DNA of 64,000 nt. Source: Lingula anatina (Eukaryota; Animalia; Brachiopoda). Position 1 is the first letter of the stretch. Each line of letters starts with the position of its first letter. Shown piece after piece: positions 54,501 through 64,000 of the stretch. The stretch covers positions 16,196,567 through 16,260,566 of the forward strand of contig CM120649.1 of the NCBI GenBank assembly GCA_051362555.1. The letters are read 5' to 3'. A program made the translations under genes and the position numbers. The notes beneath the pieces are model-generated. The model worked only from the letters and a program-made list of their open reading frames with translations, searched no databases and had not been told where the DNA came from.

Positions 54501-57254
54501 AAGACTTGCAAGACGTGACCAATGAGGGGAAAGTTGCATTAATAATGGGACAAATATTGTATAAGCACGAGAGATGGTGGCCAGCCAAAGTGTACTTCTT
54601 AAGCAGCATCCGTCTTCTCATGTCCAAAATAGAGTCTGGGGATTATTCTGAGAAAGAGAAGCAAATTTTTGTATGTGCACTCAAAGGTCTTGCCAAAACT
54701 TTGTTCTCTATTGGTCTCGCATTCAAGTTCACCAATGCCGTGCGGCTGATGGAGTTGTACTCGAAGCATGAAGTGGACGATCCCGAAGTACTGCTATGTC
54801 TCAGCCTTGCCCACGCAGTGAATGCTATGCTCAAATCTGATCACAGACGCCAAAGTCAGGTGAAGGACAACATAGAACAGTTCCAAATATGTATGGAACA
54901 AGCTTGCGAAATTGGAGACATGGATTACGAGCTTGCCATAGCTCTGATAATCAAAGAAAGATTTTGCCATGGCAATATGTACGAGGAAGCCATGGCACAC
55001 ATAGACCATTGCTTTATCCATGCCACAGAACATGGTCATGACATACAGGCGGAACTCATCTGTGCCATGACAAGCATATTCCGGACTGTCTTAGCCCATG
55101 ACAAGTTTGAACAGACCAACGCACTGGCCATGGACTACATTCAACAATCCTCCCGTTCAAACAAGCGCTGCCAAATTAAAGTTTTCCTTGGCAGACATAT
55201 TGTGTCTATAAAACACTTTCGCACCCATCCACAAGAAACCAACATTGTAACATCAGACGACATAGAAAACAATAAAATGGCAGAGGTGGCCCTCGGTATG
55301 GCAAGAGAGATTGTCGATCCAATACTCACTTGTACACTTCTGAAAAACCTGGGAATGGCTTACATTAGAGTGGCGCACTTGACCACAGAACCAACAAAGA
55401 TACCGGAAAGATCTCACCTAATCGAGAAAGCAGGGCAATATCTCTGTGAAGCGGAGGGCTACGCAAAGATGTACAGGCAAAAACCTCTTATGGCGCAGAT
55501 TGAGACACTATTGCTGTTTTATAATATACTGAAGACAAATCAATTTGATAAGCTACCTGACAATGTGGTTGAGACAATAACAAAACAGGTTGAGGAGTAT
55601 GATACTTATACATCAGAGTTCAAATCAGTGCCTTTTAGGTACAATCCTCATGGCATTCTTGCTAGGGTCTACACACTAGCAAAAAAGTGCCCTGAGAAGG
55701 TCATTCCACACATCAAACGTCACTTAGAAACCAGTAATTTGGTCATGACTGGAGACGACAGCTTGAATAGGTCCATTTTAAAAGCTAACAAAATCACCTT
55801 CCAACTATTCAACATCTTGCACGCGTCACACATACCAGATGAAGACAGAGTAAGTCAAGGCCTGGAACTCCTGGAAGCGGGGCGTGCCCAAGCATTCTTG
55901 AAGCTACTGCATCAAAGACACCATGACTTCAACCAAACCCTTTCTGACCCTGGAAAGATGTCATATGAAGAGATCGCTTACAGCCTTCGGACAAGGGGAA
56001 TTCCCACCTTGATCTACATGTATCAGCCATATGACAAACACTCTTCCTGTGTAACCTACAATGGCAAATACATTGGCTTAACTTCACTTCAACTTCCTGA
56101 TGGTGGCTACTCAGTGCTCCAGAGAGCTATAGTAACAGTCAGAAATGCAGTGGTACGAAACCATAAAACAGCAGAAGGACGGGCAGTTGAATTGAAGTCT
56201 CTGCAAGAAATGTCCCCCTTAATGCCCAATGATGTGATTGAAAAAACTGATGAGACAGCTTTTGCCAGTGACGAGACCAGTCCATTCTTCACAGGAGCAG
56301 GTTTAGAAGATGCCTCTGTTTTAAAAACTGAAGAAGAGACGTCCATCTCCATGGAATGGCCTGACACGCGCTGTAAAATACCAGATTTCGAAGAAGATGA
56401 TTATAGCAACAACAACACATATTCAGCTCTTCATTGCCTCTACTCCTCTTTGATCAAACCAATGGTAGACCGCATAGAATGCCAAGTCACCAACGAGCTC
56501 CTTGTCATCCCCATGGATGAGTTGTTTCTTGTCCCTTTCACAGCCCTCCAGGATGAAGACGGCAAATACTTAGGCAATAAGTACCAAGTAAGACTTACGC
56601 CTAGCATTCAAGCTCTTGATCTTGTATCAGCCAAAGCCAATCAAGACTCTGGACACAACCCAACTTGCCTATTAGTAGGCAACCCTGATGTTGGAGAAAT
56701 TGCTGGGAAGGTCATCCCATCTCTCCCCTTTGCTGAGAAAGAAGTCAAGTTGATTGCATCCTGGTTGAACACTGAGCCCCTCGTTGGGAAACAAGCTACC
56801 AAACCTGCTGTGCTTTCCAAAATGGTCGGTGCCACTCTGATTCACATTGCCACACATGGTTCCAGCAAAGATGGCTCTTTGATTTTTGCTCCTGATTTGT
56901 CTCACAGTCCTAACAAGTTCACATCCTCACACATGGTCCAAGACCCTAAAGAAGATGCATTGCCATCACCAAATATGGCTTCAAGCTTCAGTGGGGCCTT
57001 GACACAAAGTCGCTCACCAAAAGTGGAAGACTGCATTGTCACCATTGAAGATGTGATGTCCCTAAAGCTTGAAGCAAAGTTGGTGGTTCTTAGTGCCTGT
57101 AACACTGGACGTGGTGACATCTCCGCTGATGGTGTGTTTGGAATATCCAGGGCCTTCATGGCTGCTGGTGAGTAATAACATGTAATATGTATACACACAC
57201 ACTCACACATACAGAATACCTAGTAAAGTGGTTCTATGTATTTCCCAACATCTA

Positions 57255-57292
<38 letters not shown>

Positions 57293-59053
57293 AGACCATA
57301 TTTGACTTCACAACTCATCATTAACATGTCATTTTCCAGGTGCCCTCTCTGTCCTTGTTACCCTGTGGGCAATCCCTGATGAAGCAACCAAAATCTTTAT
57401 GGAACATTTCTACTCCCACCTCAAGGCTGGCGACACTGTCAGCAGAGCCCTGCAGTTAACAAGGATTGCCATGCAGCAAAATGACAGATTCAGCCACCCT
57501 ATGAACTGGGGGTCATTTCAACTCATTGGAGACAACCCTCGGCTTTTCCCAAAGGGAATACAAACTTAAGAACAATCATCCCCTTTACACTGTGGACAAT
57601 GCACTCTTTTCTTTAGGAACTAGATTAATAGTCAAACACACTGAACACATTTCTTGGCAATTTTCCTAAAGGAGTAAAGAATTGGAAACATTCTACATTA
57701 ATAAGAATTTATCACTCTTCAGAGGGTAGTCAAATTTTCATTACTATTATTATTTTCGTTCTATTTATAGTTGTTTGAAAATTGCAGGTATACCGATGAG
57801 CTTTGTTTAGTTAATATGCATGCATGTGTGTGCATGCATGTGTGTGAGTGTGTGTGCATGGAGCGTGCCCTCCTAATTGTGTTATTACTAAATTGTGTAT
57901 TTTTGTTTATTTCATAATGACACTGGGCAATCAGTTTGGTGCTTGTAAGCAGGCTGTAAAGTTAAATTTGTTACACTGTTAAAATTACAGGTTCAATAAT
58001 GATTATTATGAATATTTGGGTTTTTCTTGTACATGGTATATGTCCTATGGATTTTGTTGTTATCTTATTTGTTTAATATTTATCTCTCATTCTGTACTCA
58101 CTGTGCAATCAGCTTGGTACTTGTAGGCAAGATATCCAGATTCAGCTTTCCTCCATCGTGTGACTTAATATAGGCAAACTCCTCCAGGATGTCTATATCT
58201 GATTCAGCGAGTTAGGGATTTGTGCCTTGGATAGCGAGAAAATTAAACCTAAAACTGGATCTTGTGTGGAAACTGGGAGCACTACTGTGGCCTGATGATA
58301 ACTTACTTCCACAACTGTGAGACCTGGGAGACCTGTATTTGCCACATGACACTTGTAACAACTGCAAATCAGTTCACCTGAAGTTCCAAGGCCTTGTGAT
58401 AAAGTCATTGTGATCTGCATTTCAATAAAATATCCAGTTTTAGATTTAATTTTCTCATTATGTTAGAATAATATAACTGGATGAATCTTGTGAAAGATCA
58501 GAGTTCCCATGTCCTTTAAGCTTTATATGGTTTTCCCAGATTAAGCCAAGAACATGACTTGTATGAATACAAATCTTTTTGCTCTTTTCACTTCTTTGAT
58601 CATGAAAGTATGATGTTTTTGGAATGTCTAGTTTCATTTCAGTTCATATCAAAACAAGAATGAATTATAGCTCAATATACTTTGCATTATCTCTTCTGAA
58701 AGGATACTTATTATGTAGTTGAAGAATAAATTGTATGTAAAGCACCCTTGAGCCTTGATCTTTTCTACAGCTTGCAAGAGGAGAGCCTCATGTTTTGGCC
58801 AATCATATTGTAGGAGAACAAGCATGTGACCCAAGGCCATGTCATCATTGGATGATGGTGAAAAGGCCTTTTCCTGAAATAAAATATATTTGTGTAGTTT
58901 ATTATAAACGAGAGATAGTAAGCACATTTCAAAGCATCATTTTTAAGTAGAATTTTTTAGAAGATGCATTCAATGCAAAGAGCCATTATAATACTAGGGA
59001 TAAAATTTATAACATTATTTCAACAACAGCAATTCTTTTTAATCAAATTCACC

Positions 59054-59098
<45 letters not shown>

Positions 59099-61460
59099 TC
59101 TGAATTACGGATGTGCAGTGTATTGCATGGGTGAAGAAAAAAAAAGTGAAATACAGACCTTGCAACATGCCAATAACATGTGAAGACAATATGGCATAAT
59201 TTCTGATGATGTACAACGAAGCAAATTCATGTGGCGCCCCCTACCAGAGTGTACTATTTCTTGGAGCTGTGAAGGGGTGCTAACATCTGAGAAAGCCATA
59301 TCACCAAGAATACCCAAAACTACATCACAACACTTCTGAAATATGGAACAACTTTTTCATCATTTCAAAGCCAATTTTTTTTAATATGGAAAGATCATCG
59401 ATCTCAGCATTGAAATATTTATTCTAAAATTTAACATTTCAACTGAAAAAAAATTGTCAACTTACTGCTAAATTTCCCTGGCAAAAGTAACAGCTCGCTA
59501 ACTGAAGATTTGTGCGGAGCTTGAAAACAGAAAAAACAAATTGAGTCACATATTATGGAATTAACTGGGTGTCAGGAACCAATAAATACATGCAGATATA
59601 CTGGGCATCTATTGTGGTCAGCCGAGAAAGAAGTAAATTTAGTAAAGTTGAAATTAAATTAAACTAAACTGGACAATATAGGATACGGGTAATTAAAGCT
59701 GTTCTTACGATAAAACTTCTCAAGCCTGAGAATAACTCTATCTCTTTACAACAGTAGGATCTCAAACCATGTAACCTACACCAGTACAGAAATATTTATG
59801 TTCCTGACTTTACAGAAAGTAAAATATCATCACTGCCATTTTTAGATGCTGTAGATGAAAATAATAATTGTGTTATATGTTTTTATCTACAAGAAAAATC
59901 TGCAAAAAATACAGTTGAAAGTTGTCATAAAAAGATTTAAAAACAATTGAATGGATACACTGAAATGACGTATCAATTAGTACATTTATCATGACTATAT
60001 TAGCTAAGTACAGATATTACAATCTATTCTACCTTAGAGTCCTGTTTCTGAACCAACAACAAGTTGACGGCTTCTCTGTAACTGCCTTGGTACATCAACA
60101 TATCCACCTCAAACATCTTCAACCACGCCCACGTCTCTGCTTTTAAATGACTGTGCAGCTTCTTAAAGTCTGGAAATGTAAATACAAGGCTATAAAATAT
60201 GCTCTAATACATTAATATATGTCGTTTTCATTTCAATTTACCTGCATTAAGTACCTTCAAGTATGCATGGAAATAATCATTTCAATTGGTATGTTTTAGA
60301 ATTTTTTATTTTCATCTCTTAATAGAGTCTTTTCCACGAAATCGTGAGCATGCGCAGTTCGCGCCATTTTGTGCGGGACTGTTTCTCAGGGGGAAAGAGT
60401 AGAAGGGGCCTACGGTACTTTTGTAGTATACCCCCCCCACCCCCACCCTGTAACTTTCTGTAACTTTCACTTTTCAAACAGTTTTTTACATTTTATTGTT
60501 TATCTATATCAAAGCTGTTGAAATAAAATGCTTTAGTAATTACCTGTGGACTTTTTATTAGTGTTAATCACGTTTAATCCAGCCCATTGAAATACAAAGT
60601 TAGAATCTTCAATTTACACCCGCAGTCAATAATTTGCAGCATTTTCGTTGGCTAACTCTAAGCTAATTTTATGTGAACAAGTAGCTCATAATAATTTCAC
60701 AGAGGAAATCTAAGTATACAATGTATCAATCCTATGTTCACATAAAATAAGGTAGAGTTAGCCAACGAAAACGCAGCAAGCTGCGGTTACATTGTAAATT
60801 TTCACAATGTATTTCAATGGGGTGGATTAAACGTGATTAAAACTAATAAAAAGACCACAGGTAATTACAAAAACATTTTATTTCAACAGCTTTGACATAG
60901 GTGCAAAAGACACTGTAAAAAAAATGTTTGAAAAATGAAGGATTCAGAAAGTTACAGGGTGGGGGGGGGGGGGGGGGGGGAATACTACAAAAGTACCGAA
61001 TGTCCTATCTTTGCTGTCGATTAGGTACGTTTTTAGTTCTTTCATTGAAAAGTCATCAGGTACTTCTGCTAATTTTCTATTCCAACTGCTCCCATGAATG
61101 TGTTTTCGAAAAAAATCAGGTGTTAACATGTTACGAAACTTTGAAAATTCAGATTGAAATGAGCACTCCTCGATATGGCGTCCGTCGTGTACACTCCACA
61201 CTTTCCCCCTGAAACTTCAAATCCCGCAAAATCTCGCGTTCCCACGGATAATTTAGCGGAAGTCACGTGACCGTGGAAAAGCCTCTATTGCAAACAGCTT
61301 TGAGATTGATTTGGCCTAGGTAATAATGTATTAACTTATCATTATCCCCATCATCATCATAATTACTTTTATTATTATTATTATTATTATTAAAGATGCT
61401 TGTTGTACAAAAAACAAACTTATCTTTAAATGTCACTAATTATACTTATAATGAGCATCT

Positions 61461-61497
<37 letters not shown>

Positions 61498-63806
61498 ACA
61501 TGTGATGGATCTTAGTTGAAGAAATGGACAAGGACAAACATTTCAAACAACAAATATCAATATTTCCCCACAACTGTAGATTAATTGAATTACTGATCAA
61601 AGTTTTCAAAAATAGAGATCCAGGTTACACACCCTTCTCTAGGCTGTCCACATGCAGCAGCTCCCAACACTTGAATGCTGTCAACATATTCTGCATCAAC
61701 ACATTGGAGTCAGGAATATTGGAATTACTGTGGATCTGGGGTATGGTGCTTTCAACTTTCAGCTTTTTATGCTTGGGCCTAAAACAGTAACACAAATATA
61801 TATATAACCATCATGATAATAGTGAATACATAAATGCATCAAATTGGCTAAATCTTATACAGATTTAGACCATAGACTGTCTCTTTGATATAACAACCCA
61901 GCTCCCAGCTATGGGCAAACTTCTTGACAATGCTTTAAAGTACTTGGCTGCCCAGAATGTGGCACAGTAACTATAATTTCAACTACTGCCATGAAGTCAC
62001 ATACTTGATGCTGTTCAGTTGTCCGTCTAAAATAAAATTCATCATATTTAATAATTATATACATACAGGGTGCATAATCAAAAGCTAAATGCAGCTCCAA
62101 CACTTCACAGAGGGGAAAATTCATACATAAAGCCTCCTCAATGCACTCCTACTCCATAGCTTTCTGACTTAATTTCACAAGTCTTGGTGAAATCGCAAAA
62201 TTATATACACTTACCCATGCACCCTTCCTTCATCTCCATCAGCCTTAAATCCTTCCATTAATGCAATGGACTCCAGGTGATTACTGCTACCTGAAATATA
62301 ACACACTGACGTATTTCAAAACTTTTTATCTTGTTAAATTTTTAATAAAAAACTTCCAGACATTTTGTCTAGAGTTTCAAGTCTCTAATCTTGGGTTTTC
62401 AAAACTGCACAAAAAGACTGATGTGTAAAAAAAAGAATGAGGCATTTAACTGTAAAGTTAAAACTGCAGCAAAATAAATATGATTTGTTTAATCAAGTGA
62501 ACATAATATACCTGGCTTTTTGGACTCCCTATACCCCAAATCCTGGGGAAACCCCTGATTTCTAGGTACCAAATGTATGCAAGCATACTATACCTGTAAA
62601 CAGCCCAGAATCCATCCTAGTCTGGTAGTCATGTATACACTGTAGTAGTAATATTAGAGTACAGTACAACAGCTGTCTGTGCAGGCCACTGTGATCTGAC
62701 TGCTGACACTTGTTATGAAGGAGGAGAATTTCTTGCCACTGGGCTTCTCGACTGAAAATAAAATTAGGAAATGATCAGATATGATCTTTTCAGTTTTAAA
62801 TAACAGAGGCATTAAGTAGAATACAGAAAAGCTGGTGATTTCAAGAATATGTTGAAAACACGGAAGGTGTGTCATTCAGTTCAGCTGATTGCACTCAGCG
62901 ACAGTCTCTGCTGAGTTGGATTAATCTTTGTAGACAGATGGTGCCTATGGGGATGGGGTCTAAGATGGTCACAATATTTATGACCCAAGCCACTGCAGGG
63001 TCTGGGACAGGTGTGGGGGGGGGGGCAGGGGGGGGCAGGGGGGGGGCAGGGGAGGCAGAAGCGAGTGTGACAGTCTCTGGGAGGTTCCTTACCTGGTCTT
63101 CATAAAGAAATCCCCAATCTCCCACCCCAGCTGTTGCCCTGTTGCCGTGACGATGTCAAACAAAGTCTGCCAGGGACGTGGAATGTGACTGTCCTTCTCA
63201 GCAAGTCCTTGGATGGCTTGGAGACGCTTGCCAGAGAAGGACATTGTTAGTTTCTTTGTTGGAGACATCATATCTGAAAAGGCAAAAGAAAAAACAATAT
63301 TTAACTTAATATTTTATAACATCCATAAAAGTTACTTATTAATTCAAAATTAATTCTTATTCATAACTGATCATAAATTTGTCTAACTTAGTGCTAATGA
63401 TTAATTTTTTAATCTCTTTATCAATCAAAAGAATATACTACACAGCTTAAAGGGAAAAATTCAAAAACAAAAAAGACAAGTAACATTTATGCAGATTTAC
63501 CTACAAATAAAACTTTAAAATCCCCTGACCATAAATCATATATTAAATTAACTTGCTGGTTCAATTAAAAACTATACACAGCTATGCCAAGTAGAGTTTT
63601 GCCTGAAAAGTACCACCCAGCACCAAAAGATGGCAGCAGTGTTGACCTCAATATCCTACCTGGAGAAGATAACCCAGCATCCAGAGGAGGGGGCTGCGTT
63701 ATATAGGAGATGTAAAACTCGATGCTTTTCTGCAGCCACTTGTAGAGCTGTTTGTGTGCCAGGCTGGCCTCCTTGCAGTTCAGCATGATGGGAAGCAGGT
63801 CATGAA
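51507..63806 (-). CDS. INTS10: Integrator complex subunit 10 (3' part; continues beyond the window)
   Basis: Phase-compatible exons 63806-63660, 63273-63093, 62751-62594, 62290-62215, 61778-61633, 60169-60033, 59519-59466, 59335-59159, 58873-58708, 58198-58102 and 51663-51507. Hallmark peptides DDMALGH...LLQYDWP, NIDILEEFAY and TVTRGVNKGVKEDFRL. Confidence 0.93.
52030..52363 (+). promoter_or_regulatory. Candidate promoter and non-coding first exon of the TPR-CHAT gene
   Basis: TGAGTCA at 52038 and 52177, kappaB-like GGAAATCCC at 52156, TATATAAA at 52242 and donor AAG|gttagt at 52363. A matching acceptor tttcag lies at 54220, just before the ATG. Confidence 0.35.
53257..53590. mobile_element. 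Two tandem hairpin MITEs, family B
   Basis: ata|GGCCTCATTCAGAA...TTCTGAATGGGACC|ata (53257-53424), followed directly by a 5'-truncated copy ending GAATGGGGCC|ata. Confidence 0.8.
53889..54072. mobile_element. Hairpin MITE family B, divergent copy
   Basis: aca|GAGCGCATTCAGAACAGCAG...CTGCTGTTCTAAATGAGCTC|aca, with arms of about 45 bp. Confidence 0.8.
54224..57569 (+). CDS. TPR-like repeat + CHAT (caspase-HetF) protease, TTC28-like, 1057 aa
   Basis: Exons 54224-57167 and 57340-57569 (phase 1). CHAT motifs L.VIP...LFLVPFTAL, LVGNP, LPFAEKE, HIATHG, LVVLSACNTG, AFMAAG|ALSVLVTLW.IPD and HPMNWGSFQLIG. The N-terminus is helical and TPR-like. Confidence 0.92.
57924..57953 (-). other. Candidate 30-nt INTS10 micro-exon
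   Basis: tttacag|CCTGCTTACAAGCACCAAACTGATTGCCCA|gtgtca, phase 2-2. It copies the 3' end of exon 58198-58102. Confidence 0.45.
58199..58707 (-). other. U12-type (minor spliceosome) GT-AG intron in INTS10
   Basis: 5' site GTATCCTTT, branch-site-like TCCCTAAC about 12 nt before the AG, and no polypyrimidine tract. Confidence 0.9.
60324..61286. mobile_element. Non-autonomous foldback DNA transposon, possibly ISL2EU-like, in an INTS10 intron
   Basis: at|AGAGTCTTTTCCACG...CGTGGAAAAGCCTCT|at. Long internal inverted repeats (about 60414-60680 vs 60735-60997) and a coding remnant SSWNRKLAEVPDDFSMKELKTYLIDSKDRTF on the minus strand. Confidence 0.75.
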
Positions 63807-64000
63807 CTGAAGAGGAAAATGGGTGGAAAATATCAGAAATAAAATGTTTTAAATAAACAGGGTTGGTTGAGCATTTAGCAAATTAGGTTGTACTTTGGGG
63901 CTTAAAATGTGTTTTTGGTGAGTTTTTGTGCCTACTTTGACTTCACACAGGATGAGATCATGTCATATTAAGCTCAAAGTGTGGAGTTTCTTTCCAATTT

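Noticed and set aside
54224-57569. Bacterial contamination or recent horizontal transfer of the CHAT gene
   Set aside because: It has a spliceosomal intron and is embedded in INTS10. Ancient transfer cannot be judged without a phylogeny.
62895-63125. Pro-rich ORF overlapping an INTS10 exon
   Set aside because: It is in a different frame from INTS10, and the prolines simply translate the C-run repeat.

Overview
AT-rich, intron-containing eukaryotic DNA from an invertebrate. It looks lophotrochozoan, but the sequence cannot establish the species. Genes reconstructed by hand from splice sites and reading-frame phase, in order: Nck adaptor (+); a Cys-rich orphan gene with a damaged 5' end (-); a PPxY/PTAP tail-anchored membrane protein (+); a secreted DUF19-like protein (-); a decayed Tc1 DD34E transposon; three tandem TLC-domain (TLCD1/2-like) genes (+, the third with a nonsense codon); a signal-peptide-bearing SCP/photoprotein-like EF-hand gene (-, one frameshift); and the 3' part of INTS10 (-). 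The INTS10 3' end is the most unusual part. Its last intron hosts an antisense 1057-aa TPR-CHAT protease gene with an intact His-Cys dyad and a candidate 30-nt self-duplicated micro-exon. The preceding intron is U12-type. The terminal exon is duplicated about 9.3 kb downstream by the segmental duplication that also produced the second and third TLC genes. Many hairpin MITEs with 3-bp target duplications are scattered through the window. Family assignments come from remembered motifs, not database searches.
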